Shown piece after piece: positions 38,283-49,803 of a stretch of 64,000 nt of DNA. The DNA comes from an uncultured delta proteobacterium (GTDB taxonomy: Bacteria; Myxococcota_A; UBA9160; UBA4427): NCBI GenBank assembly GCA_963822965.1, contig CAWGJT010000006.1, positions 864,001 through 928,000 of the forward strand. The letters run 5' to 3'. Within the stretch, counting starts at the first letter, position 1, and each line of letters begins with the position of its first letter. The position numbers and the translations under genes were made by a program. The notes below the pieces were generated by a model. That model had not been told where the DNA came from, ran no database searches, and saw nothing but the letters and a program-made list of their open reading frames with translations.

Positions 38283-40474
38283 GCGTCCGCGTCCTCGCCG
38301 GCGACCGCGTCGGCGAGCGCCTCCTTGCGCGAGAGGCGGATCCGCCCGGCCGGGTCGATGTCGATGCACTTCACGAGCACCTCGTCGCCCTCGGACAGCA
38401 CGTCGGTGACCTTGTCGACGCGCCCTTCCGCGAGATGCGAGATGTGAATCAGCCCGTCGGTGCCCGGGAAGATCTCCGCAAAGGCGCCGAAGTCGGCGAT
38501 CCGCTTCACCTTGCCAAGGTAGACACGACCGATCTCGGCCTCCTGGGTGAGCTCCTCCACCATCGCCATGGCCCGCTTCACGGTCTCACCGCTGGGACCG
38601 AAGATGGCGACGCGACCGTCGTCCTCGACGTCGATCTTGCACTCGGTGGTTTCCTGGATGGCGCGGATCGTCTTGCCACCGGGCCCGATGATGTCCCGGA
38701 TACGGTCCGGCTTGATGAAGATCACCTCGAGCCGCGGTGCGAAGGCGTGCAGGTCGGAGCGCGGCTTGAGCCCGCCGAGCTCGTCCCGGGTGGTCTCCTC
38801 CATCTGCTCGAGGATGTGGATGCGGCCCTTGCGCGCCTGACCGAGGGCGCGCTCCATGATCTCCCAGTCGATCTCCTGGACCTTGATGTCCATCTGCACC
38901 GCGGTGATGCCCGCGCGCGAGCCGGCGACCTTGAAGTCCATGTCGCCGAGATGGTCCTCGTCTCCGAGGATGTCCGAGAGCACGACCGTGCGCTTCCCGT
39001 CAGTGACGAGACCCATGGCGATCCCCGCCACGGGCGCCTTCAGCGGCGTACCCGAGTCCAGCAGCGCGAGCGTGGCGCCGCAGATCGCCGCCTGGGACGA
39101 CGAGCCGTTCGACTCCAGGGTCTCGGAGACCACGCGGATCGTGTACGGGAACTCGTCGTGGTCGGGGAGCACCGGCTTGATGGCCCGCTCGGCCAGCGAC
39201 CCGTGGCCCACCTCCCGGCGACCGGGGCCGCGCAGCATGCGCGCCTCGCCCACCGAGAACGGCGGGAAGTTGTAGTGGAGCATGAACTGCTTCTTGAAGC
39301 GCCCGCCCATCCCGTCGATGGTCTGCTCGTCGAAGCCGCTGCCGAGCGTCGCGGTCACCATGGCCTGCGTCTCGCCGCGCGTGAAGAGCGCCACGCCGTG
39401 CGGCCGCGGAACCACGCGCACCTCGCACATGATGGGCCGGATGTCCTCCGGACCGCGGCCGTCCACGCGCACCCCTTCCGCGAGCACGCGCTCGCGCAGG
39501 ATCTCGCCGCCGAGGTCGTGCAGGATGCTGCCCGCCTGACGCGACAGCGTGTCGAGCCCGCTCTTGCGCTGCTCCCAGTCTCCGAGCGTCTCGAACGAGA
39601 CCTTCTCGTTGCGGAAGGAGTCGACGATCTCGCTCTTCACCTCGCTCTCGATCGTCTTTACGGCGGCCCCGCGCTCGAGCTTCGCGGCGATCTTCATCGC
39701 CTCGGTGAGGCGCCCCTGGGCCTTGTCCCGGATCTTCGCCTCCAGCGCGGAGGTGTCCGGCGCGGGCGCCGGCACGATCTTGGGCTTTCCGACCTTGCTC
39801 TGCAGCTCCTCGATCGTCTCGATGATGGGCTGCATCTCGCGGTGGGCGTGCTTGAGGGCCGCCAGGATCTCCTCTTCGGGCACCTGGTTGGCCCCGCCCT
39901 CGACCATCACGATCGAGCCACGGCTACCGGCGACGATCAGCTCGATGTCGCTCTCGTCCACCTGTGCGGGGGTCGGGTTGATGACGTAGTCCCCCTCGAC
40001 CCGGCCGAGGCGCACCGCGCCGATGGGGCCGACGAACGGAATCTCCGACACCGAGAGCGCCGCCGAGGCGCCCACGAAGGCGCAGACGTCCGCCGGGTAG
40101 TCGGGATCGGACGAGAGCACCGTGGCCACCACGTGGGTCTCGTCGTTGTAGCCCGGCGCGAAGAGCGGGCGGATCGATCGGTCGATGAAGCGCGAGACGA
40201 GCACCTCGCGATCGGCCAGGCGTCCTTCGCGCTTGAAGAAGCCACCGGGGATCTTCCCCGCCGCCGCGAACTTCTCCACGAAGTCGACGGTGAGCGGGAA
40301 GAAGTCGATCCCCGGGCGCGGATTGGAGCGCGTGGCGGTGACGAGCACCGTGGTGTCGCCGAAGGTGACGAGCACCGAGCCGGCGGCCTGCTTGGCGAGA
40401 CGGCCGCATTCGAGGTGCATGGGACGGCCGCCCACCGTGACGGTGAGGGTCGTCGATTCGAACCAATAGGGCAT
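38279..40474 (-). CDS. pnp: Polyribonucleotide nucleotidyltransferase
   Basis: [52 protein letters not shown] and S1 domains. Confidence 0.98.
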   Translation of the reverse strand: MPYWFESTTLTVTVGGRPMHLECGRLAKQAAGSVLVTFGDTTVLVTATRSNPRPGIDFFPLTVDFVEKFAAAGKIPGGFFKREGRLADREVLVSRFIDRSIRPLFAPGYNDETHVVATVLSSDPDYPADVCAFVGASAALSVSEIPFVGPIGAVRLGRVEGDYVINPTPAQVDESDIELIVAGSRGSIVMVEGGANQVPEEEILAALKHAHREMQPIIETIEELQSKVGKPKIVPAPAPDTSALEAKIRDKAQGRLTEAMKIAAKLERGAAVKTIESEVKSEIVDSFRNEKVSFETLGDWEQRKSGLDTLSRQAGSILHDLGGEILRERVLAEGVRVDGRGPEDIRPIMCEVRVVPRPHGVALFTRGETQAMVTATLGSGFDEQTIDGMGGRFKKQFMLHYNFPPFSVGEARMLRGPGRREVGHGSLAERAIKPVLPDHDEFPYTIRVVSETLESNGSSSQAAICGATLALLDSGTPLKAPVAGIAMGLVTDGKRTVVLSDILGDEDHLGDMDFKVAGSRAGITAVQMDIKVQEIDWEIMERALGQARKGRIHILEQMEETTRDELGGLKPRSDLHAFAPRLEVIFIKPDRIRDIIGPGGKTIRAIQETTECKIDVEDDGRVAIFGPSGETVKRAMAMVEELTQEAEIGRVYLGKVKRIADFGAFAEIFPGTDGLIHISHLAEGRVDKVTDVLSEGDEVLVKCIDIDPAGRIRLSRKEALADAVAGEDADA

Positions 40475-40855
40475 TGCCTTGTATCTCCTCTCCAGCCGGG
40501 AACGGCTGGAAGGTGCTCCAAGCCCCTTCGAACCACAGGGATCGAGGGCTGGAGTGACCGAAATGGACTTCGGCGGAGGAGATCGCAGCGGAATGCAGGA
40601 TCAGCCCTGCCCGAAGCCACGTCGCATCGCGACGCCTTCGGGCACGGCCGACTCCCGCATCCCCCCACCATCTCCCTACGAACCTTCGGCCAGCAACGTC
40701 AGGAGCTGGCACGTTCTTGCGGGTACGCTGGCGAGAGCCCGGATGTCGGGTCTCGCATTCGCCGGTCCGTTGGTTGGATTCCTCCCGCGAGGGCTCGCGG
40801 TGTATGTCTTCCCCCCTGTGTGTTTCTGGGTCTCTTGGTTCCGACGCGCGGCGGG

Positions 40856-41122
40856 TCAGCGCCGCAGCCCCAGACGCTCGACCAGCGCCTGATAGCGCTC
40901 GTAGTCGTTGGCCGCGAGGTAGTCGAGCAAGCGCCGGCGACGGCTCACGATCTTGAAGAGTCCGCGCCGGGAGTGATGATCCTGCTTGTGCACCTTGAAG
41001 TGCTCGGAGAGCTCGGAGAGCCGCTCGGTCAGCAGCGCCACCTGCACCTCCGTCGAGCCGGTGTCCGCGTCGCCGCGCTTGAAGTCCTCGATGACGCGCT
41101 TCTTCTTGTCGGCAGAAATCAA
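40856..41122 (-). CDS. rpsO: 30S ribosomal protein S15
   Basis: [29 protein letters not shown]. Confidence 0.98.
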   Translation of the reverse strand: MISADKKKRVIEDFKRGDADTGSTEVQVALLTERLSELSEHFKVHKQDHHSRRGLFKIVSRRRRLLDYLAANDYERYQALVERLGLRR

Positions 41123-41402
41123 CTCTGCTTCCTCTGTTTTTTCTCGTGTCTTTCCGGGTGGGGGGCCGGATCGTCTTGCTCGATTCCGGCGGACCCACGG
41201 GAGGGACCGAACGCGCAGGTGCCGTTCTGGATTCTTGGAGCCGCAGGATCGAACCGGGGGTCCCGCGGGGTATGGAGCGGCAGAGTGTTACAGAGGGCCC
41301 CGACCCTGGCAATGGGTGCGAGAGGCGGACCCGCTGCACGCCGGCTTTTCACCTCACGGCGGGGGCGCGGGTCCCTGATGCCCGGGGCACGGGCCCCCGT
41401 GC

Positions 41403-42332
41403 TCAGGTCGCGCGCAGCACGCGCAGGGGCCAGAGGCGCCGGTCCGCCCGCAGCTCCACGAGGGCCACGCAGTCGCCCGCCTCGTCCTTGGCGATGGCCC
41501 GCGTGCCCGGCATGCGGCGGAACTCCGAGCCCGGCGAGACGTCGCCACCGTTGCAGAGGCGGCGGACGGACTCGGCCCGCAGGCGGATCTCGTCGATGCC
41601 CAGGGCTTCGTCCGGCGGGATCAGCAGGGCGTCCTGCTTCTCGGACAGGGCCTCCTGCTCGAGCTGCTCGAGGGTGACCGCCTGCTGGATCGAGAAGGGC
41701 CCGCTCCTTAGCCGCCGCAGGCTCTGCAGCAGGGCGCCGCAGCCGAGGCGGGCACCCAGATCGGCGGCGAGGGTGCGGACGTAGGTCCCCGGACCGCAAG
41801 CCACGGAGATCTCGGCGTCCGGCGGCTCGAAGCGCAGCAGCTCGATCCGCTCGATGGTGACCTTCTTCGGGTCGCGCTCGACCTCCTCGCCACGTCGCGC
41901 GAGACGGTGGAGCGGCACGCCGTCCTTCTTGACCGCGCTGAACATGGGCGGGATCTGCCAGGTCTCGCCGACGAAGCTCTCGAGCGCCGCGCGCACCCGG
42001 GCCTCGTCCGGAAGCTCCCCCTCGAACGTGCGCAGCACCTTGCCCTGGGCGTCGAGGGTGTCGGTCTCGATTCCGAAGCGCACGGTGCCCACGTAGACCT
42101 TCTGCATGGGCGGCAGAAAGGGCACGAGCTTGGTCGCTTCGCGGATCGCGAGGGGCAGCACGCCCGTCGCCTGGGGATCGAGGGTGCCCAGGTGACCGAC
42201 ACGGCGCGTTCCGAAGAGCCGCCGCGCCTCGTCCACCACGTCATGGGACGTGCGTCCCGGCGGCTTGTCCACTACCAGGAAGCCCGCCGGTCCCTTGCGC
42301 TCCGCCCGTCGCGTACGGCGCCGGCTCGTCAT
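41403..42332 (-). CDS. truB: tRNA pseudouridine(55) synthase
   Basis: DKPPGRTSHDVV, GHLGTLDP, QIPPMFSA, GTYVRTL. Confidence 0.96.
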   Translation of the reverse strand: MTSRRRTRRAERKGPAGFLVVDKPPGRTSHDVVDEARRLFGTRRVGHLGTLDPQATGVLPLAIREATKLVPFLPPMQKVYVGTVRFGIETDTLDAQGKVLRTFEGELPDEARVRAALESFVGETWQIPPMFSAVKKDGVPLHRLARRGEEVERDPKKVTIERIELLRFEPPDAEISVACGPGTYVRTLAADLGARLGCGALLQSLRRLRSGPFSIQQAVTLEQLEQEALSEKQDALLIPPDEALGIDEIRLRAESVRRLCNGGDVSPGSEFRRMPGTRAIAKDEAGDCVALVELRADRRLWPLRVLRAT

Positions 42333-42334
42333 CT

Positions 42335-42691
42335 TCAGCCCCGCCTCTTCTCTTCCAGCTCGCGCAGCAACGCCAGGGTCTCCGCCCCCAACGCCAGGGA
42401 GGGGTCGTGGCGGAAGCGCAGCTCGGGGGTGCGTCGCAGGCTCAGCTCCTGGGCCAACCGCCGGCGCAGGAATCCCGCGGCGCTGGCGAGCCCCTCTTCC
42501 ACCTGCTCGAGGTCCTCCGGCGCATCACCCTCGAGCGAGCTCCAGTGGACGCCGGCGGTCGAGAGATCGGGTGCCACCTCCACGCGGGTCAGGCTGACCA
42601 TCCCGACGCGGGGATCGCTGACCTCGTCCCGCAGCAGGCGGGACAGCTCGCGCCGGATCTCCTCGCCGATCCGTTCCGTGCGGACGCTCAC
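42335..42691 (-). CDS. rbfA: Ribosome-binding factor A
   Basis: RTERIGEEIRRE, DPR, PDLS, GFLRR...LRRTPELRFRHD. Confidence 0.95.
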   Translation of the reverse strand: MSVRTERIGEEIRRELSRLLRDEVSDPRVGMVSLTRVEVAPDLSTAGVHWSSLEGDAPEDLEQVEEGLASAAGFLRRRLAQELSLRRTPELRFRHDPSLALGAETLALLRELEEKRRG

Positions 42692-42702
42692 GCCGTATCT
42701 CC

Positions 42703-43002
42703 TCAGACCTCTTCCGGCAGATCGAGCATCTCGACCTCGCAGGCCGTCACCTCGGCCAGATGCAGGTCTTCGATGAATTCCAGCGCCTTCTCGAGCTCCC
42801 GCCGCAAGAGGCGGGCGTCGGAGCCCACGTTCGACAGCCCGATCACCGCGTGCTGCCAGGTGCCCTGGCCGCCGACCTCGGCCGCCGAGACGTTGAAGCG
42901 GTTGCGCACCCGTTGGATGATGGAGCGGACCACGCCCCGCTTCTGCTTGAGGGAGTGCGAGCCGTGGACGTGGATCTCGACGATCGCTGCCCCGACCGTC
43001 AT
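42703..43002 (-). CDS. DUF503 (YlxP) family protein
   Basis: SHSLKQKRGVV, RFNVSAAEVG; conserved position between infB and rbfA. Confidence 0.92.
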   Translation of the reverse strand: MTVGAAIVEIHVHGSHSLKQKRGVVRSIIQRVRNRFNVSAAEVGGQGTWQHAVIGLSNVGSDARLLRRELEKALEFIEDLHLAEVTACEVEMLDLPEEV

Positions 43003-43027
43003 GCAAGGGGCCCTGCCGCCGCTCGGA

Positions 43028-45499
43028 TCAGAGCGTCGCCGCCTCTTCCTTGAGCTCGAAGGCCTCGATGACGTCGCCCTCCTTCACGTCGTTGTAGCCC
43101 TCGATTCCGATGCCGCACTCGAAGCCCGTCTTCACCTCGCTGGCGTCGTCCTTGAAGCGCCGCAGCGAGCTGATGCGCCCCTCGTAGATCTGGATGCCGT
43201 CGCGAATCAGGCGGCAGTGGGCGTTCCGCTTGATCGAGCCGTCCGTCACGTAGGAGCCCGCGATCATGCCGACGCGCGGGATCGTGAAGGGCTGGCGCAC
43301 CTCCGCGCGCCCCAGGGTCACCTCGGTGACCTTGGGCGGCAGCAGACCCGCCATCGCCGCCCGCACGTCGTCGAGCAGCTCGTAGATGATCGTGTAGGTG
43401 CGGATCTCGATGCCCTGCTCCTCGGCGGCGCTGCGGGCGGCCGGGTCCGGGCGCGAGTGGAATCCGACGACGATGGCGTCGCTCGCCTTGGCGAAGGTGA
43501 CGTCGTTCTCGGTGATGCCGCCGACCCCCGTCGAGATGACCTTCAGGCGCACCTTGTCGGTGGACATCTTCTCGAGGGCGTCCTGGACGGCCTCGCAGGT
43601 GCCCTGGACGTCCGCCTTCAGGATGACGGGGAGCTCCTTCTGCTCGTCGCCTTCGGCGCGCGCGAAGAACTCCTCGAGGGTGAGCTTCGGCGCGGCGGCG
43701 GCCGGGCGGGAGCGCTCCTGGTCCTCGCGGTGGTCGACGATGCGCTTGGCGACGCGTTCGCTCTCCACCACGTTGAAGGACGCTCCGGCGCTGGGAACCC
43801 CGGACAGGCCCATCACCTGGACGGGTACCGACGGGCCGGCCTCGGTCACGCGCTCGCCCTTGTCGTTCTCCATCGTGCGGACCCGGCCCCACTCGGTCTC
43901 GCACACGACGACGTCCCCCGTGCGCAGGGTTCCCTCCTGCACGAGCACCGTCGCGACCGGCCCCCGTCCCTTGCTGAGCTCGGCTTCGAGCACGACCCCC
44001 CGGGCTCGCAGGTTGGGATCTGCCTTCAGCTCGAGCACCTCGGCCTGCAGCGAGAGCATCTCGAGCAGCTGCTCGAGGCCCTGGCCGGTCTTCGCCGAGA
44101 CGTCCACGAAGATGGTGTCGCCGCCGAACTCCTCCGAGATGAGGTCGTACTCCATCATGCGCTGCCGGGTCTGCTTGGGATCGGCGCCGGGCAGGTCGCA
44201 CTTGTTGACCGCCACCACGATGGGACAGCCCGCGGCGCGCGCGTGCTGAATCGCCTCCACGGTCTGGGGCATCACGCCCTCGGTCGCTGCCACGACGAGG
44301 ATCACGATGTCGGTGATCGCCGCGCCCCGGGCCCGCATCTGGGTGAACGCGGCGTGGCCCGGCGTGTCGATGAACGTGAGCGGCGAGTTGCCCGCATTCA
44401 CCTGGTAGGCACCGATGTGCTGGGTGATGCCGCCGGCCTCTCCAGAGACGACGCTCGTCTTGCGAATGGCGTCGAGGATCGACGTCTTCCCGTGGTCGAC
44501 GTGACCCATCACGGTGATGACCGGCGACCGCGGCTCGAGGGCCTTGGCGGCCTCCTCCTCGCCCTCCGCGCCGGCTCCCTCGAAGAACTCCTCCTCCTTG
44601 AAGCCCGTGTCCTGCACCTCGAAGCCCAGCTCGCCGGCGACCTTCTCGCTGGTCTCGACGTCCACCATCTGGTTCACGGAGACCATGATGCCGAGCGCCA
44701 TCAGCTTGCCCTGGATGACGGGCGCCTTGGCGCCGAGCAGCTTCGCGAGCTCGCCCACGCTGATCTCGCCGGGAACCCGGATCATCTTCTGCTGCTTCGC
44801 CTGCGCGCTCGACGGATTGGCGGCGGCGGGCTTGTTGAGCTTGTCCCGGCGCCGGCTACGCGGATTCACCACGGTGCGGGGGGTCACCACGGGCGGGCGG
44901 CGCCTGACGACGCCGCGCCCGGCGTACTGCAGCTTCACCTGATCCTGCTCGCGCAGGTTCACCACCTCGCGTACGCGCTTCCGCTGCTTGCCCTTGCGGT
45001 CCGGGGGCTCCTCGCCACCGGGGGTGCCGGGGCGCTTGCGGGCCGCGGGCGCGGCGGTTTCCTCGCCTGCCGCCGGCGTGCGGGCCGGGACGACCGGAGC
45101 CACCGACTCCTCGACGACGGGCTCGGGGGTCGGCGCCTCGAGCTCGGCGGGCTGCTCGCCCAACGCCTCCTCGGCGGACTCGGGCGAAGGCGCCTCTGCG
45201 ACCTCTTCGGCGACCACCGGCTCGGGCTTGGCGGGCTCCGGCGGCGGCTTCACCACCTTCTTGCGACGCCGTCGCAGGATGGTGGAGCCTTCCTTGCCTT
45301 CCACCCGATGCTCGTCGATCCGAGTCTTGTCGGTGGACGGCGCGCCGAGCTTGGAGCGCAGCAGCTCCACCTGCTCGGGCTCGAGCGCCGCCATCGGGTT
45401 CTTGAGCTCGACGCCTTCCGCCGCCGCGCGCTCGACGAACTCGTTCCGATCGATTCCGAGCTCTTCTGCGAGCTTGTATGCCCTGACCTTCGCCGCCAC
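43028..45499 (-). CDS. infB: Translation initiation factor IF-2
   Basis: [39 protein letters not shown]. Confidence 0.98.
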   Translation of the reverse strand: MAAKVRAYKLAEELGIDRNEFVERAAAEGVELKNPMAALEPEQVELLRSKLGAPSTDKTRIDEHRVEGKEGSTILRRRRKKVVKPPPEPAKPEPVVAEEVAEAPSPESAEEALGEQPAELEAPTPEPVVEESVAPVVPARTPAAGEETAAPAARKRPGTPGGEEPPDRKGKQRKRVREVVNLREQDQVKLQYAGRGVVRRRPPVVTPRTVVNPRSRRRDKLNKPAAANPSSAQAKQQKMIRVPGEISVGELAKLLGAKAPVIQGKLMALGIMVSVNQMVDVETSEKVAGELGFEVQDTGFKEEEFFEGAGAEGEEEAAKALEPRSPVITVMGHVDHGKTSILDAIRKTSVVSGEAGGITQHIGAYQVNAGNSPLTFIDTPGHAAFTQMRARGAAITDIVILVVAATEGVMPQTVEAIQHARAAGCPIVVAVNKCDLPGADPKQTRQRMMEYDLISEEFGGDTIFVDVSAKTGQGLEQLLEMLSLQAEVLELKADPNLRARGVVLEAELSKGRGPVATVLVQEGTLRTGDVVVCETEWGRVRTMENDKGERVTEAGPSVPVQVMGLSGVPSAGASFNVVESERVAKRIVDHREDQERSRPAAAAPKLTLEEFFARAEGDEQKELPVILKADVQGTCEAVQDALEKMSTDKVRLKVISTGVGGITENDVTFAKASDAIVVGFHSRPDPAARSAAEEQGIEIRTYTIIYELLDDVRAAMAGLLPPKVTEVTLGRAEVRQPFTIPRVGMIAGSYVTDGSIKRNAHCRLIRDGIQIYEGRISSLRRFKDDASEVKTGFECGIGIEGYNDVKEGDVIEAFELKEEAATL

Positions 45500-45504
45500 G
45501 GGTT

Positions 45505-46937
45505 CTACTCCACCTTCTCCTGGACCGCTTCGGAGCCTGCGGGCTCCGCCCCTGCCGCAGCCGGCTCACCCTCGACGTCGGGAGCCGCTTCTTCCGCACC
45601 TGCGGAGCCCGCCTCGGCCGCAGCCGCCTCTTCTCGGGCGCGGTTCTCCGCTTCCTCGGCCTCCCGCCGGGCACGCTCGGCTTCTTCTTCGCGCTTGCGC
45701 ACGGCCAGCTCGACCGCGCGCCGCTGGATCGCGGTCGCGCCCGCGTCGTCGATGCCCGGCAGCGCCGTCAGCAGGTCGAGGGGACACTCGGCGAGATCTT
45801 CGAGCGAGGTGATGCCCTGCTGGAGCAGCAGCTCCGCCTCGGGCTCGCCGCAGCTCTCGACCACCGACACGGCCTCGGCGAGCCACTGCGCGATCTCGCG
45901 CATCTTCGACTCGCTCTTGATGTCGATCTTCCAGCCCGTGAGCTGCACGGCCAGGCGCACGTTCTGCCCGCGCCGCCCGATCGCCAGCGAGAGCTGGTCG
46001 TCCGGCACGATCACGTCCATCGACTTCTGGGCCTCGTCGATGATCACCTTCGACACCTGTGCGGGCGAAAGGGCGCTGCACACGTAGCGCGCGGCATCCG
46101 GGCTCCACGGGACGATGTCGATGCGCTCGCCCCGCAGCTCCTGCACGACGGCCTGCACCCGGCTGCCCTTCATGCCCACGCAGGCACCCACGGGATCGAC
46201 GTCGCTGTCCCGGGAGGCCACCGCGATCTTCGAGCGTCCGCCCGGCTCGCGGGCGGCCGATTCGATGGACACGATCTTCTCGTACATCTCGGGCACTTCC
46301 TGCTCGAAGAGCTTCGTGAGCATCTCGATGCAGGCCCGGGACAGCACGATCTGCGGTCCCTTCGAGACCCGGTTCACCTCCAGCACATAGGCCCGCATGC
46401 CGGTCTCCCGGGCGGTAGCTCTCCCGCGGGCACCTGCTCCTTGGGCGGGAGCACCGCCTCGGCGCGACCGAGGTCGACGATGATCGAGCCCTTCTCGAAG
46501 CGCCGGACGATGCCGTTCACGATCTCGCCCTGGCGGTCGCGGTACTCCTCGAACGTGTTGTCCCGTTCGGCGTCCCGGATGCGCTGGATGATCACCTGCT
46601 TGGCGGCCTGGGCGAGGATGCGGCCGAAGTCCGACGTGTCGATCTTGACGCCGATCTCGTCCCCGGGCTCCGCCTCCGGATCGTAGGTGCGCCGGGCGTC
46701 GACGAGCAGGATCTGGGCGTCCGGGTCGCTGACCTCCTCGACCACCTCGCGGAACTCGAACAGCTCGATCTCCCCCAGCTCGTCGTTGTAGCGGGCCTCG
46801 ATCTCGCGTTCCTGGCCGTGGCGCTTGCGCGCGGCCTGCTTCATCGCCTCTTCGAGGGCGCTGATGATCTCACCAGAATCGATGCCCTTGTCCTTGGCGA
46901 TCTGGTCGATCTCTCGTTTCAGGTTCAAACCGAGCAT
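45505..46937 (-). CDS. nusA: Transcription factor NusA; two +1 insertions at ~46400 and ~46429
   Basis: [55 protein letters not shown]. Removing two bases restores [17 protein letters not shown]. Confidence 0.95.
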
Positions 46938-46951
46938 GGGGCTTCCGCCAG

Positions 46952-47470
46952 TCAACGATCATTGCCGCCCGATTTCCCGCCCGTCGCGGCGAAATCGGCA
47001 CGGCTGAACTGGTACATCGAGTTGGCCTTCTCGACGTCGGCGAAGGGGACCTCGAACGACTGGCCGTCCACGACCAGATGCACGATCCCGCTCTCGAAGT
47101 CGATCAACCTCCCTTTGAACCGCCGTCGTCCGCCCACCGGACGCCGGGTCTTGAGCTTCACTTCCTGGCCGCACGCGGCGGCGAAATCCTTCTCGCGGGA
47201 GAGCATCCGATCGAGCCCCGGCGACGAGACCTCCAGGTTGTACGACCCGGGCATCGCGTCGTTCACGTCGAGCTGGGTGCCGATCTCGCGCGAGATCGCC
47301 GCACATCGCTCTACCGCGACCCGACCGTCTCCCTCCTTCCGATCGACCGTCACCCGGAGCACTCCGGCTCGCGCGCCGCCCTGTATCTCGACGTCGACGA
47401 GCTCGCAGTCGTGATCCTCGACGATCGGCTCGATCAGTCTCCTCAAGTCTTCGGGGATGTCCCGGTACAC
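46952..47470 (-). CDS. rimP: Ribosome maturation factor RimP
   Basis: CAAISRE, YNLEVSSPGLDR; directly upstream of nusA. Confidence 0.95.
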   Translation of the reverse strand: MYRDIPEDLRRLIEPIVEDHDCELVDVEIQGGARAGVLRVTVDRKEGDGRVAVERCAAISREIGTQLDVNDAMPGSYNLEVSSPGLDRMLSREKDFAAACGQEVKLKTRRPVGGRRRFKGRLIDFESGIVHLVVDGQSFEVPFADVEKANSMYQFSRADFAATGGKSGGNDR

Positions 47471-47629
47471 GCGACGCGTCCCCTTCCTCTCCGCACTCTC
47501 GTCTCTCTCGTCCCTGCCCTTCTCGTCTCCACTCGTCCGCTCTCGTCCCGTCTCGCGCTCTCCGCGCTCCGGCCCGTTCGTTCCGCTGCCGGGGCGCGCC
47601 CTTCCGGCGCGCCCGCCGAGCATGGGCCC

Positions 47630-47661
47630 AAAAAACAAAAAGCGGACGGCGCGTCCACTTT
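47630..47661 (-). terminator. Attenuator-like intrinsic terminator in the rimP leader
   Basis: AAAGTGGAC-gcgcc-GTCCGCTTT followed by TTGTTTTTT, between the promoter and rimP. Confidence 0.75.
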
Positions 47662-47823
47662 CAGCGGGAGCCAGAAGCACCCGAACCGAGCAAGCTCATG
47701 ACCTGCGACACGCCCTGCCAGACACCCCGACACGCTTCGAAACGACCGCCAACACGGACCGCAAAGGACCTACAAGCGCAGCAGAGCCCCCGAGAGACCT
47801 TTCGGCCGCCCGTAAGCCCGCGC

Positions 47824-47852
47824 AACTTATACGAATTGGGCCGCGTTGGCAA
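47824..47852 (-). promoter_or_regulatory. Sigma70-type promoter of the rimP-nusA-infB operon
   Basis: TTGCCA-N17-TAAGTT (overlapping TATAAG). Confidence 0.55.
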
Positions 47853-47866
47853 ACGCTTTCCGCCGG

Positions 47867-48795
47867 CTACCAGGACTCGAGGGCCCCGGTCAGGTCCGCC
47901 ACCCGCGGGAACCCGTGCCGGAGGGCATATTCGGCGATGCCGTCGGCGATACGGGCGGCGACGTGGGGGTCCAGATAGTTGGCCGTTCCCACCTGGATCG
48001 CGGTTGCCCCGCACAGCAGGAACTTGACCGCATCCTCGGCGGTCATGATGCCCCCGATGCCACAGATGGGGATCTTCACCGCCTGGGCGGCCTGCCAGAC
48101 CATGCGCAGCGCGATCGGCCGGATGGCGGGGCCGGAGAGCCCGCCCAGGCCGTTGCGGAGCACCGGACGGCGCCGCTCCACGTCTACGTCGAACGCCTGC
48201 ACCGCGTTGACGAGGCTGACGCCGTCGGCCCCGTTCTCCTCGCACACCCGGGCCATCTCCGCGATGCTCGTCACGTTCGGGGAGAGCTTCACCAGCAGGG
48301 GCTTGCGGGTCGCCGCCCGGACCGTGCGGACCAGCTCCGCGAGCACCCGCGGATCCTGCCCGAACTCGATGCCGCCGCTCTTCACGTGGGGACACGAGGC
48401 GTTGACCTCGATGCCTGCGACCCGGGGCACCGATTCCAGGCGCTTGCACACCTCCGCGTACTGGTGCGGAGCCGTACCGAAGACGCTCGCGATCACCGTC
48501 ACCGCCGCGGGCAGGGCCGGCAGCTTCTCCGTCACGAAGGCCTCGACGCCGACGTTCTCGAGGCTGATGGCGTTGAGCATGGCCGCGGGCGCCTCGGCGA
48601 TCCGCGGGGGCGGGTTCCCGATCCGGGGCTCGGGCGTGAGGCTCTTGGCCACGAAGCCGCCGATGCGGCGTGAGATCGAGGAACGGGCGCGAGCTCGGTC
48701 CCGTAGCCGAAGGTGCCCGAGGCGGTCAGGACCGGATTGCGCAGCGCGATGCCCGCCAGGTCCACCCGGGTGTCCACCGCCGCCGGATCGCTCAC
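47867..48795 (-). CDS. pyrD: Dihydroorotate dehydrogenase B catalytic subunit; two +1 insertions at ~48667 and ~48686
   Basis: NPVLTASGTFGYG, GNPPPRIAE, EVNASCPH, VKLSPN, GGLSGPAI, IQVGTAN. Confidence 0.93.
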
Positions 48796-49617
48796 GGCAG
48801 CCCCTCCCAGCGGATCTCGGCCGCGTCGAAGACCGGCCCGTCGCGACAGACGAGCGCGATAGTCTCCGGCCGGACGGGGGGCCGCGCAGCCGAGGCAGAC
48901 GCCGAAGCCGCAGGCCATGTGGTTCTCGAGGGAGACGACGCACGGGACGGACGCCTCGGCGGCCAGCTCCGCACAGCGCCGCATCATGGGCGTGGGGCCG
49001 CAGCTGTAGACCGCGGTGACGTCGCCGGCGGCCAGGATCTCGGCCAGGGGGCCGGTCACCAAGCCGGTCTCGCCCAGACTGCCGTCCTCGGTGGTGATTC
49101 GGAGCTCCACGTCCAGGCCGCGGAAGTCGTCGGCGGCCATCAGGTCGTCCGCGCTGCGCGCCCCCAGGACGACGGTGCGGCGAGCGCCGGGCGGCGCCTG
49201 GGCGGCCAGACCGAAGAGGGAGGCCACGCCCGTGCCCCCACCCACGATGACGGCGTGCTCGCCGGGCGCGGGCAGCCGGAACGGACGGCCGAGAGGACCC
49301 ACCACCCGTACGCGCTCCCCGGCGCGGGCCGCCGCGAGGAGGCTCGTGCCCCGGCCCTCCACCTTGTAGAGGATCTCGACCTCCGGCTGCGCGACGGTCT
49401 GCTGCCGGAACACCGCCATCGGCCGCGGCAGCAGGGGGTCGTCCCGGCGCACGCCCGAGAGCGCGCCCGGGGAGAGCATCACGAACTGGCCGGGCCGGGC
49501 GTCGGGCCATCCCGGAACCTGCAGCCGCAACCGGTGGTTGGCCCCGCCCTCACGGCGATTCTCCAGGATCACCGCGTCGGCGCGGATTGCGGCCGTTGTG
49601 GGCGGAATGGCTCTCAC
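48792..49617 (-). CDS. pyrK: Dihydroorotate dehydrogenase B electron-transfer subunit; +1 insertion at ~48859
   Basis: PGQFVM, LPRPM, GPLG, GGGTG, CGPTPMM, MACGFGVCLGC, and VCRDGPVF in the shifted frame. Confidence 0.93.
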
Positions 49618-49803
49618 CCCATGGGAACCCCGGGCGGGGGACCGCCCGGGACGTCGAAGATGGCTCGGAGCAGTCTGGCAACTGCGCGAAAAACCTATTC
49701 AACCAGCCTGCCTTGCGCAACAGAGATTCATCAAGGAGTCGCCCCGAAACGTCGAAGAAGCGGAGCACGGGCCGTCCCAGGGTGGTGCCCGGAGGGGGAG
49801 CTG

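Noticed and set aside
46374..46440. Programmed frameshifting or split nusA
   Set aside because: Needs two separate single-base corrections, there is no slippery heptamer, and the same pattern occurs in pyrD and pyrK.
48670..49803. N-terminal 378 aa of the 3037-aa ORF
   Set aside because: Antisense to pyrK/pyrD; the RBS and TPR pattern begin at 49804.
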